Assembly (NCBI RefSeq): GCF_009914755.1
Contig: NC_060927.1
Source: the human T2T-CHM13v2.0 reference genome, Homo sapiens
DNA: 64,000 nucleotides
Strand: one strand, 5' to 3'
This document shows, piece after piece, positions 27,736 to 40,369 of the stretch. The notes beneath the pieces were generated by a model. That model was not told where the DNA came from. It worked only from the letters and a program-made list of their open reading frames with translations, and did not search any database. The translations under genes were made by a program, and so were the position numbers. The stretch's first letter is position 1, and the number at the start of each line of letters is the position of its first letter.

Positions 27736-29029
27736 ATCACAGTATTATCCTTCTAATAGAGGGTGACCAATGAATGCATGATTTGGTTTGTAAGCAAATG
27801 TGAAATCCAGAGATTTTCATCATTTCCAACAATGCAAAAATGTTGAATCTTTGACTAGAGGCTCTTTGACCTCTTCCTGGATTTATTCTGTTTCTCTTTT
27901 TACATTCCTGCAAGGAAGGACTCTTGATATATTTTTGCCTTGTAGAAATATTCATTTCTAAGTTGGTTTGAAATTAGCCTGTCATCTGATTCACTGAGAT
28001 AGAGTTAAAATAAATTCCCCTGGCAAAAAAAAAAAAGAAAGGATTTTATCATCTATATGGATCAATTCCAAGAGTTCGCTTCAGTTTACTGATCCGTTTT
28101 CCCTACAGTATAGGATATTCAATTAAACCTTCCCTCAAATTGGCCATGAATTTTGATGAAAATGAAAGAAGTTTCGTTTAGCAAACAGTTTCTATCAGGG
28201 ACTATAATAATAGAATGCAATAAGAATTATTTTCACCTATGCACCTGAACGAACATGTTTTGTCTGGTTTTTGGTTTGATTTCTATCTGTATCTTTATTT
28301 TTCTCTTTTTGTTTTTCACCCAGATTTTGTGTAGCTTGTCCAAAGTGGTTGAGATGTGGGATCAGGTGAAATTGCTCATAGATACAATAATGCTTCATAC
28401 CAGTGTTTTCACCACTGATTTAGTAGTGTCTTTGATAAACTCTTATAATATTCCATACTTACATCTTTCTGTTTTAAATAGAACTGCTGGGATATGAGTT
28501 ATGTCTGGTACTCCCTTATTTTTATTAAAGCATATATAGAAATTTTTCATACCCTTTGCTTCAGGCCTTCCTTGCCCCACTTAGCATCTGTAGAGTGGAC
28601 ATAGGCAGGAAGAGCCCACTCTACAAAATGCATCCAGTATATTTTGAGTAGAGACTGATTATGGTTACTGATCTTGGTCCTGGAAATGAGAAATGAATTA
28701 GATACAGATGGTACCTCTGTGGAACTTTAGAGCAGGAGATGAAGCAAAACGAGGGAGAAGACATAAGTGAGGATAACAGCACACAAAGTGGTGAGCATTG
28801 CCAGTGAAAATGCAGTGGTTTTCCCCCCAGCGTGGGGTATCATAGATGAAAGGGCGTTTGAGCTGCAATTCAGAAGGTTCTGAAGATCCACTTATCCAAT
28901 TTGTGTTTTGCTTTCTCTGTGAATGGTTTGAGCCAGAGCTATACAGGGAGGTGGGCAGTGGGGACAGCGCATGCGTAGCATTTTCACAAATGCTTCATAG
29001 GGCTAGACAGCAGTGGTAACATCCTTAGC

Positions 29030-29125
29030 CCCACCCCATGTTTTACAGATGAGATAACTGGGGCTCAACAAGGTTAATGACTTAGGAAGTCATAAACACT
29101 CTGAGCTTTAAGCCCTCATCTTGTG
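29030..29125 (-). mobile_element. MIR core
   Basis: TTTTACAGATGAGATAACTGGGGCTCA...GGTTAATGACTT. Confidence 0.6.
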
Positions 29126-29163
29126 ATTTCTCTTTCATGGCTGTTTTCAGGAATCCTTAATTA

Positions 29164-29244
29164 TTAGATTGCTGCAAAAGTAATTGCAGTTTTTGCCATT
29201 TAAAAGTAATGGCAAAATCCACAATTACTTTTGCACCAATGTAA
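29164..29244. mobile_element. MADE1 (Hsmar1-derived palindromic MITE)
   Basis: TTAGATTGCTGCAAAAGTAATTGCAGTTTTTGCCATT...AATGGCAAAATCCACAATTACTTTTGCACCAATGTAA; TA at the 5' flank. Confidence 0.95.
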
Positions 29245-29245
29245 A

Positions 29246-29690
29246 CAGGATTTTTATGGTACAAGTAACTGAAACTGACTGTAGATAATTTAAGTGAAAA
29301 AGGAATTGATTGAAAAGTTAGCATGAGTTCTCCAAAATTATGGAGATCTTAGCCAGATTCAGAGGAAAGAAGCCAAGGTAGAGTGAAAGGTATTAGGCAA
29401 CAATAAGATCAACAGCATTCTCAGGAAAACCTGGCCAGTAGAATGAATGGGCTCTAAGCTTTGTTGTTTTCTATCTCTGTATTATTGCTCAGGATCCAAA
29501 ATCAGAGAGAACAATGTCTGATTGACTTACTTTGAAGATGTGCCAGTGGCCACCCGTTTGTTAGGGGAGAGCTAGGCATCTTGATTTACACCCTACTGTG
29601 ACAGCACCCATAAGTGAAGAGGTAATGCCACCAAAGGAAACCAGAGTGGATGACCAGCAAAGAGCATATGTCCACTGTGGGAATACAGGC
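29246..29690 (-). mobile_element. Old MaLR LTR (MLT1K/L-like)
   Basis: CAGGATTTTT..GGTACAAGTAACTGAAAC...AATTTAAGTGAAAAAGGAATT; TCTGATTGAC. Confidence 0.5.
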
Positions 29691-30989
29691 ACATGTAGGT
29701 AAAAGAACAAACGAACACTGCAAGTATCCGTATGGATAAAGCAACAAATCATTTTGTAGGCCTGAGTTAACAAATGTGATGTAGCATATTTTCATTATAA
29801 TATTAAGTCTATGACAAATATATTCTGTGCTCAGCCAAAGTTGGTGAGGCATAACGGCACTTCTTCCATAAGCTATGGCTACTTGTTCCTCCTTGTGCCC
29901 TCTGGCATGCAGATAATTAGGCAAAATTTAAAACAGCTTGAATGTAGTAGATGCTCTCTATCAAGGTGTGAGGGTTAGGATAGCATTTACCCCCAGGCTT
30001 AAAGTGTTCTAGGACATCTTTTGGGTGAGCTCCCTCCAGAAAGAAAAAGTGTTCCTGAGAAAGGGCAGTATGATTAATCTTACCTAGAGGCTGAAGCACA
30101 TGGTGCATATTCACGCAATCGTTCATGTGCACGTGAACTGTATGGAAGGATATAGCTAAGGACAAAAAGGAGTTTTCCAGCACAAATTGAGCACATTAGG
30201 CTATTATGAAACCATTAGAGATTTCTTTTGTAGTTTGTTCCGTATACAGCAGTCTCTTGCCTGACTTTTCAAAGGAAATGTGGTACCAAAGTAGATTCCA
30301 AGGGTAAGACCCAGTTATCTTGGTTAGAGTGTCCTTTCTTGATATTCTCACGAATGTGTTCTTCTGGTAATTTCTGTAAGTTTTCAAATGAAATGGGAGT
30401 TACTATTCCAAGGGTTTTACAGGTAGTATCTAATTCAATTATCACAGCACTAGGCAATAGTTATTCTTATCCTAATTCTACAGAGGACGAAACGGAGGCA
30501 CAGAGAAGGTTTAGTAAATTGCTTAAGATCATCCCTTGTGCATTTCACAAGAGCAGAGCAGGAGTAGTCTCCCCTTCATATTTACGTCATGTATGCCTAA
30601 TATAGTACCTGGTGCAGAGCTAAGATTGAATGAATGAGTACATAAATTAGACATGTTATGGTACAGTATGAGTATATATTGCAATGTTTGTGCATCACTG
30701 AATATAATAGCTTACATGAAATGGAAAAAAACTACCTAGCCTTTTAAAATGTGTTTATAGTTTTCATATCCATTAGCTCATTTGATTTTTATAAGACATG
30801 TATTTAGTTGGAGGGTATAATTATTATTCTTTTTTAACTTAAAATCAAATCTCAGAGAAGATGGAACTTGCCCATGTGAAACAATCATAACAGTTCCTCA
30901 TTATAAATGATATAGGGTACTATGGGACAAAGAAATCTTCAGTAACTTTCAGTATCTAGGAATCTAGAAATTCCACATATTAGCATAGA

Positions 30990-31290
30990 AGGCCCAAACT
31001 AGAAACTATAGATAAAAAATAAAACCATAAAGAAGTTATTAACTTAAATAAACATTAAATGAAAGAAGAAAACAAAATTGTAATCATAGTTACTTGTAAA
31101 CCAGTGATAACTGCACAATACATCAAAATTGGCAGAAAATGCAAAAGCCATTCTTAGGGGGAAAAAACATAGCCCTATATGTGTTTATTTGACCAAAAAA
31201 AATGAAAATAAAAGAGCTAAGTATTACACTACAAAATGTGTTTAAAAGATGATAGTGTAAATATAAAGAAAGCAGGAAAAAGGAAATTTG
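30990..31290 (+). mobile_element. Old L1M ORF2 remnant
   Basis: ACATCAAAATT...GCAAAAGCCATTCTTAGGGGGAAA..ATAGCCCTA...AAGAGCTAAG. Confidence 0.55.
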
Positions 31291-31379
31291 AGTCTAGAAA
31301 ATCTCCATATAATTATTAGGGAAGAGGAGAAGAGATGAGAAAAAAGAACTAGGCTTCTTTCCAAGATTAAGTTGATCTG

Positions 31380-31686
31380 GGCTAGGCATGGTGGATCACG
31401 CCTGTAATCCCAGAACTTTGGGAGGCTGAGGCAGGCGGGCGGATCATTTGAGGTCAGGAGTTCAAGATCAGCCTGGGCAGCATGGTGAAACCCCGTCTCT
31501 ACTAAAAATACAAAAATTAGCCAGGTGTGGTGGCATACACCTGTAGTCCCCAGTACTCGGGAGGCTGAGGCAGGAGAATTGCTGGAACCTGGGAGGCGGA
31601 GGTTGCAGGGAGCCTAGATTGTGCCGCTGCTCTCCAGCCTGGGTGACAGAGCGAGACTTCATTTCAAAAAAAAAAAAAAAAAAAAA
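31380..31686 (+). mobile_element. AluS
   Basis: Full dimer with long A tail; TSD aagttgatctgg. Confidence 0.93.
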
Positions 31687-32440
31687 AAGTTGATCTGGAA
31701 CACATGCCCTCTTATACATAATACCATTTCAAGACCCCTTTAAAGTAAATAACAATAAAATAGATACTAGAAATTGAAAGTACGATATGGCTCTAAAAGT
31801 AAAATCAATTTAAAAAATACAACAAAAATGATTTCCAATGGCAGAAGAAAGAAGAGAAAATAAGAGAAAGAGGACAAAACAAAGGATAAAATGGGTTATC
31901 TAATGCAGTGACAAAACTGGCATCCTTTTCTGGAAGAACTTCATAGGGTACAGGCTGGAAGAGTGGTTCTCTTGAACAGGCATCAGAATCACCTGCAGGA
32001 CTTGTTCAAAAACAGATTACTATTCCCACTCCCATAAAATATGGATTTAGATATAGACCATAAGATTGACTTTTAAAATACATGAATAGGTTCACATTTT
32101 TATAAGACAGGAACATTTACAGAAAATGAAATGAGAGACGTTCAATACAATACTTTAAGATGTAATGTATCTTATTAAAAGTGGCCATAGATGACAGTTG
32201 AAGTTTAAGTCTTGAGAAAACTATGTTTCTTACAGAACATTAATATACATTTTCCTTAACCATCTCAACTTACAGTCTAAACACTGCGTGAGTGATGATA
32301 GGATCAAAGATAACTGGAGCATTGTATTAAACATATATTTAATCTGAGTCCTCAAGAAAGTGTTGCAATTTAAATATATATAGACAGACATACATATGTG
32401 TGTGTATATATATATTTATTAATTATTAATTTGTTATTTA

Positions 32441-32798
<358 letters not shown>

Positions 32799-34048
32799 TA
32801 TATATATTTATATCTATATATATAAATATATAGATATAAATATATAAATATGTATATAATATATAAATATATATAATATATAAATATATATATAATTTTA
32901 TATAAATATATATAAATATATATAATTTTATATAAATATATAAATATATAAAATTTTATATATTTATATATAAACATATATAACTTTATATATAAATATA
33001 TATAATTTTATATATAAATATATATAATTTTATATATTTATATATAAATATAATTTTATGTATAAATATATATAATTATATATATATTTATATATAATTT
33101 TATATATAAATATATATAATTATATATATTTATGTATAAATATAATTTTATATATAAATATATATAATTTTATATATATAATTTTATATATAAATATATA
33201 TAATTATATATTTATATATAAATATATATAATTTTATATATAATATATATAATTTTATATATTATATATAAATATATATATAATTTATATATAAATATAT
33301 AAAATTATATATAAATATATATAATTTATATATAAATATATATAATTTATATATATAAATAGATATAATTTTATATATTTATTTATATAAATTTTATATA
33401 TTTATATAAATAAATATATATTTATATATAAAAATTTATATACAAATATATATAAATATATACAAATATATATATAAATTTATATAAATATATATAAATA
33501 TATACAAATATATATAAATATATATAAATATATATAAATATATATAATTTATAAATTTATAAATTTATTTATATATATAAAATTTATATAAATTTTATAT
33601 ATTTATATATAATATATAAATATATATATTATATATAAAAAGTATATTATATATATTTATATATTGTATATTATATATAAATAAATATATAAAATATATA
33701 ATATATACAACATATAAAATATATATGATATATATGATATATAATATATAATATATATTTATTATATATAATACATAATATATATTTGTTATATATAATA
33801 TATATAATATATAATAAATATATATAATATATAATATATAATATATGTGTTTATATATAATATATATTTTTTATATAATATATAAAATATATATTATATA
33901 AAATATATGTAATATATAATTTATAAATAAATATATAATATATAAATATATAAAATATATATTATATAAAATATAAAATAAATATATAAAAATAAATATA
34001 TATAAATATACATATTTATATAGATAGACACACAAACATATATATATA
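32799..34048. repeat. ~1.25-kb (TA)-rich low-complexity/VNTR tract
   Basis: Almost pure A/T, with recurring units such as ATATATATAATTTTATATATAA. Confidence 0.97.
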
Positions 34049-34759
34049 GGCTTTTAAAACACTAAGTGTAAAGTTCTCATCTTCTTTGGTAGAGATTAGA
34101 CATCTATTAATCTAGCAGAATAGCCAAATGACTACAGAAAATCATTTTTAAAATACGCTTTATAGAATAGGGGGAAAACCCAGTGACATAATGCATAATG
34201 CCTGGACATCACAATAGAATGTATTTTGTGTTAATACATTCTGTGGTTTATGCCCAACACTATGATCAGTGAAATCTGCCTGGTTTCCATCCACTCAGAC
34301 TACACTCCATTGTCATTTCTGAGAAAATAGTAGCATGATTACATAAGGAAAAATGATGCATGAGGATGTCTTGTTAACTTTAAGGAAGGTGCTCTAAAAT
34401 ATGAATCAGCATATAGAGGTGGTTGTATTGATTTTTAGTATTATAATTTGACTCTGAAGTCACATTTGCAATTTGCGATTTGCAAAAGAGAGTGATATCT
34501 TGCATCATCACATCAGACCACATAGTTTGCACACTTTATGTAATATTGGGGAGGTAGAGTGGGGTGGATATTTCATCGCAAATGAAAAATGCAACAGTTT
34601 GTTTCTCGGGTGAGCTACCTATGGTTATTTAATGTCACCTGCCATAGCAAAATACTGCTTAATCTATATGACTGGGTAGATGGGTGCTAAAGAACAATTC
34701 TCTTTTAACTTTGCTGCATGTTTAAAAATTTTGATAACAAATTGCTAGGGTAAGAACTA

Positions 34760-34955
34760 AAAGATCACGTAGATTCCAGAGCCAACCTACCAAATTTAAA
34801 TTTCATCTTTCCTGGTATGACCTTGGACAAGTCTCTTAAGGTCTCTGTGCCTCAGTTTCCTCACCTGTAAAATAAACACTCATTAAATTGTAATGAAATT
34901 TGAGTTAACATTTTCAAAGTGCCCAGAAGTGTAACTGGCATGGGGAAGCACTAGA
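34760..34955 (+). mobile_element. MIR
   Basis: TGACCTTGGACAAGTCTCTTAA..TCTCTGTGCCTCAGTTTCCTCACCTGTAAAAT. Confidence 0.8.
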
Positions 34956-35006
34956 TTATGTGTATGTGTGTGTGTGTGTGTATGTAATTATAAAATAAAA
35001 CTTCAA

Positions 35007-35328
<322 letters not shown>

Positions 35329-35617
35329 CTACAATTTGGTAAATATCCTTGTGGTTTGTTTTTACTTGAAATTATAGGAATTTAAATTCAAAAATCTTTT
35401 AGGACTATTTAATTCAACTCTTAATTCCAAAGGGGTAGTACAGATAGCTGCATAAGAATTCTCAGCTGGTTGATAGCAGAGCCAGGTGTACATCTGCTTT
35501 TCAAATTGAAAGTCCCCTAATATTGCTAACACACTAGAATTTATCTTTTGGCAGTGGCAGGGAAGAGAAGTTAGCAGTTTTTGTTATTTTAACTTAATTA
35601 AATATTGTTTGATGCTT

Positions 35618-35787
35618 CTTTTTCTTTTGTTTTATTTGTTTTTTTGTTTTGAGGCAGGGTCATGCTCTGTTACCCAGGCTGGATTGCAGTGGCTTGATCA
35701 TAGCTCACTGTAACCTCGAACTCTTGGGCTCAAGTGATCCTCCCCCTTCAGCCTCCCTAAGTGCTGCACATACCACCACACCTGGCT
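35618..35787 (-). mobile_element. Alu monomer (FAM/FRAM-like)
   Basis: Single arm GATCATAGCTCACTG...TGGGCTCAAGTGATCC; flanked by tgtttgat on both sides. Confidence 0.8.
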
Positions 35788-36689
35788 CTGTTTGATACAT
35801 TTAAATAAGTTAAAATATGTTTGAATTTTCACAACTCTGACTAGATGTCATGTGCTGAAGCATTTGCGAGTAAGGTAGCAAATATTTAGCTATAATTTAA
35901 GCTAATGAAATGAGTCTGAAAAGAATCCAATAAATTATAATATGTTACTATTACTTCCCATAAGTCATTTTGATATATGGTAGAATTTTAAAAATGATTA
36001 CTTGTTTTATATAATACCAATTCATTCTATTATTGGTTCTTTTGGATGCTGAGAAAACAAAATATGAATTTAACCAATTGCCTTCAGGGTAGGAAGCTGA
36101 TCAAATACATTATCTTTAAGATTGGCCTGTATTATATTTCAAAGTTTCAATGGGTTAATCTCATAGTTATTTACTTCAAAATGAAGGCTGGTGACATGAA
36201 GTTAAAATATATAATTCTGAGCTTTACTACTTACCTTGAAAAACTAATGATGACAAGATATCTTCATTTGCTGATGATACAATGGCATTTTAAAAAGAAA
36301 TGGGGTTTCCAACAAAAAGTAATCATTTACATCCAAATACGACATAAAAGGTAACCCATATGGACCACAAGAAATGATTATAATTATCTGGAAAGATAGG
36401 AATAAAGGATTACCGTAAGAGACTCTGTCCATTCTTGGAGGGGATACGTTCTCTAGATTTTAGAGAATTAGGTTATCTCTAGCTGCTGTGCGGAAGCTCT
36501 GGGAGATAAGCAATCACTTCAGTGACAAAACTGTGAAGTTTTAATAAAGGAGCCCATTGGTATGGGACTGAGGCTCTAAAACTGTGGCCTGATGTCCCAC
36601 ATCATGAATATTCAAAACCTTAAATCTGGAGACCTTCATGTACTTCCTAGAGAGGCAATCCATTCCCTCCTACCCAGAGAGCACGTCCA

Positions 36690-36735
36690 TGCACGCAGGC
36701 ACGCGCACGCGCGCATCACACACACACACACACAC
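36690..36735. repeat. Alternating purine-pyrimidine (CG/CA) tract
   Basis: GCACGCAGGCACGCGCACGCGCGCATCACACACACACACACAC. Confidence 0.9.
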
Positions 36736-36900
36736 TGCCCAGAAGAAAATGATAGGATTTTTTCCTAGCATGAAAACATTATTATTCTATAATAAGTACA
36801 CAAATGCAGTTTTTATGTTGAAGATAAATCTTTTTTAAAAAGGAAACTCTCCATTCCTTTGTAAAATATTGTAATAAGAGAACTTTTAAGTGTATACCCA

Positions 36901-36997
36901 ATCATGTATGGATGATCTCCTGTGTCGATATCGCATTGCAGAAATCCATGTACGTATTTTAATGGGCGTTGCTACTTGGATCTTCAGAATACATGAT
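36901..36997. other. Imperfect ~97-nt inverted repeat (hairpin)
   Basis: ATCATGTAT/ATACATGAT outer stem, GATC/GATC, and an inner stem GTGTCGATATCGCATTG paired with TAATGGGCGTTGCTAC using G-U pairs. Confidence 0.7.
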
Positions 36998-37265
36998 ATA
37001 TCTCTTCTCAGATATCTCATAGACCATCCCCCCTCTGCTGCCACTGAATTTCATTTAGACCTCGGTGGCTGAGTTTTTAAGCTAGATCGTTACAAATGAA
37101 GCCTTACCATTTGATGAAAATCCAGCAAAAATGCATATTGCATTTACAACAGACAAAACCAAATTTTATTGGTAAAAATAACTATTTCTTTTAGAATAAA
37201 GAATGTATTTATAGTTTTGTTTTGTTTTTAAATCTTGAAAGAGACCTGAATTTATAATTAGTACA

Positions 37266-37440
37266 GTGTGATTCTCAAGCTTGGCTGCATATTAGAATCA
37301 TCTGGGGGTCCTTAAAAAATACTGATGCGTAGGTCTCACGCCTGGTTAGGATTTGATTGGTAAGGGTACAACCTGTGCACCAGGGATTTTCAAAGTTCCC
37401 TCAGGTGATCATCGTGTGCAATGGGGGATGGGAACTACTG
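37266..37440. mobile_element. MER5A-like
   Basis: TTCTCAAGCTTGGCTGCATATTAGAATCATCTGGGG...AAAAATACTGATG...CAGGTGAT...GAACTACTG. Confidence 0.8.
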
Positions 37441-37598
37441 AAACCTAATCCCCGCAATTACAGGGTTTTATATCGCTTGCCTCAGGCTAAAGATTTATGC
37501 CAGACTTCTAGACCAGTCTCCTTTCCAATTCCATAAAATGAACAATTTCACATATTGAAAAATGTTTTTAATAATTAATCATTTAAATTCCACAATGT

Positions 37599-37897
37599 GG
37601 CTGGGTGCGGTGGCTCTCACCTGTAACCCCAGCACTTTGGGAGGCTGAGGCAGGTGGATCACTTGAGGTCAGGAGTTCAAAATCAGCCTGGCCAACATGG
37701 TGAAACCCTCTCTCTACTAAAAATACAAAAATTAGCCAGGCGTGGTGGTGCACACCTGTAGTCCCAGCTACTTGGGAGGCTGAGCCAGGAGAGCCCGGGA
37801 GTCCAGCAGTGAGCTGAGACTGCGCCACTGCACTCCAGCCTGGGTGACAGGGCAAGACCCTGTCTCAAACATATAAATACAAAAAAAAAATAAGAAT
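37599..37897 (+). mobile_element. AluS with right-arm deletion
   Basis: Alu dimer with A-rich tail. Confidence 0.92.
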
Positions 37898-39124
37898 AAA
37901 CTCCAAAGAGCATGTTTCCCCACTTAATGCTTATTGCTGAAACCCTCCTTTGTTAACATTTTAAATTGTCGCTCTATAGATGTCATTAGTTTTCCTCTTG
38001 AAAAGGCACTGATTAAAAAATAAATTATTAGCACTAGGTATAATATTAGTTCGAACCACAGTTAGTAAATACAGAACATGCTATCTAATGAAAATGTCTT
38101 ATGAGCATTTCGGGGCATCACTTTACATGTGAGCAATTTTGGTTTTTAGTTGTGCAGTCTGTGAGAGTGATTTTGTTAGTTTTGCAGGCCTCAGAAAACT
38201 CCAGATAATTTAATGGCACCCATCCTGTATAGGATATGTGTAAAGCACTTCACAGGTTGCCTATCTTGGCCAAATGTAAGAAGCAATTGGAGAGGCAAAG
38301 GAAAAAGCAGTCAGGAATAATATTAACTGTGCATTATTGTGGCAGCTTTATTCTGGCTTTTGTTGTATTTTAATAGTGACAGCTGCACCCAGAATTTCTT
38401 GTTTCCATAACTAGTGCAATTTCCTTTTCCTGAAAGCTCTGTGTAGTTATAACCTGGTCTTTTGTTTTCCTGCATTGACTAAGGAAACTAATTTTTTTTG
38501 TTACTAGACAGATAAAAGACAAGTGTTAGAAGGTGTCAATTGCATTTTTTTTAATATGGAGAAAGTGTCCAATCTTGTGGTCTGTCTTCAACTAATTTTA
38601 GATATGATTTTATTTTTCTGGCCACCCGTGGACTTGTCACAAATTAATTAAATGCTTCACTTCTTTTATCTAATTGAGGCCATTTCTACCTCTGATGAAT
38701 AATTTCATAAAGTTTGTTACAAAGGAAAATGCTTTCTGAGTGATAGTTTATGCAAAGTAAACACACAGAACAGCTCTATTTGAACCTTTGCTTGTGGCAA
38801 AGGCTTTCCATACACTCCACAGGAAGTTGTTCCCTCTCAAAGAAGGCCAGTGTCTTCCTTTTTTAACGTACAGCATGAAAATGTACTTGACCCCAAGCTT
38901 CAAAGCAGAGAAGTCAGCTTTATCTAGCAGGGACAATGCGCATTAAATCAATAAAATGGCAGGGGTATGAAACCAGTGGAATTGGGAATTGGATTCCAGT
39001 CAGGGTCAATCAGCCCAAAGTAGAGATCTAATATTTTCTGAATGAACTGTTTGAAGCACTGGCCTTCAGAATCATTGTCAGTTTTTGATGACTTCCTCAG
39101 GCAACATAGTGTCACACACAGCAA

Positions 39125-39440
39125 GAGGGTCACAAACCCAGATGCCTACAGGGGCCGGATACAGAAAAGAAATAAGTGAAGCTGGCTAGGTAGGAGATCA
39201 TAGACAGTGATGGAGACTCGGTCAGGACTTTGGTCAGTGCCTGGGTAATCTCACACAGTCAGCACATAGTGAGTTCCAGCCAGTTTCTGCCTCCTGGGAA
39301 TGCTGGAGTGTTACAAAGCCTCCTGATTTTTTAAGAGCCGCTATGAATCTTTTTTCTTTTAAATGTTAGAAACTCATTTAAAATATATGAAAGCAGACAC
39401 CAGCCACAAATAGGTATTTTTGGAGTCAGAGTTTGCATAA
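39125..39440 (+). mobile_element. MER102-like hAT element
   Basis: GGGTCACAAACCCAGATGCCTACAGGGGCC...AAGTGAAGCTGGC start motif. Confidence 0.6.
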
Positions 39441-40369
39441 GACTTTAGATATGATATATTCCAAATTCCCTACTTTTCTGAAGGAAGAAGGAGGGAAGAA
39501 GAACATCAAGAATTGGAGGACATTTAGGATGATGGCAAGGCCTCTGAACGTACAAAAAGGGGGTTTCCATCAGCACCACTCTTCAAACCAGAAATGCTAA
39601 ACGCAGAGAGGATTAACATGGCAGAAGGAGAATTACTCATTTAGTATCACCTCTTTATAAGCAAGGAGACTTGTCTAGTCACCCAACTGCTGAGCATCAG
39701 AACTGGGACCAGGCAATACTCATAGTAAAATTAGAAAACTTGTGAAAACCTCAGGGAGAATATAAATTCCAGTTCATTCTATAATAAAGTCTCAAAGACC
39801 ACCAAGGGTAACTTGTACAAGTCCTATCATTAGTTAGGGACAGAGCCTATCTACCAGTTGTATATGGTACAAATATTTTTGAGCATATGAATATGCAACA
39901 ATTTTTTTAAAACTCTTCCTTCATTATATTAAGACTTTTTAAAAAATGTTATTTATGGGATAGTTTATTTATCAGAGGGCTGCTGGGTTCATCTACTCTG
40001 GCTGCTAATGACAGATGAATCACCATTCAGCATTTACTGAATATACATTCATTAAAAATGCAGTCTATGGAGGCTCTGTAGAAATATGGAAAGTTGTTAT
40101 CAGTGCAAAACTTGAAATAAAATTGTATGCACATTGTTATAACTATTTTTATAGTTGAATTGCAAAAACTTGGAAGGGAAAACACCAAAAGTATCTGTTA
40201 AAGAGGTGAAATTAGAAGTGATTTTTTAAAAAGTCTTCTGCATTGTTATATGGTGATATTAATTTCAATTTAAAAATATATAGCCACAAAAATAAATTAT
40301 TACTTGAACAACTATTGAAAGTCCAGCAATGTGCTAGTTGCCATAGGGAGATAAAATTCTATTAGCTAG

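Noticed and set aside
36905-37072. Box C/D snoRNA
   Set aside because: No canonical RUGAUGA box C paired with a suitably placed CUGA inside the terminal stem; kept only as a hairpin.
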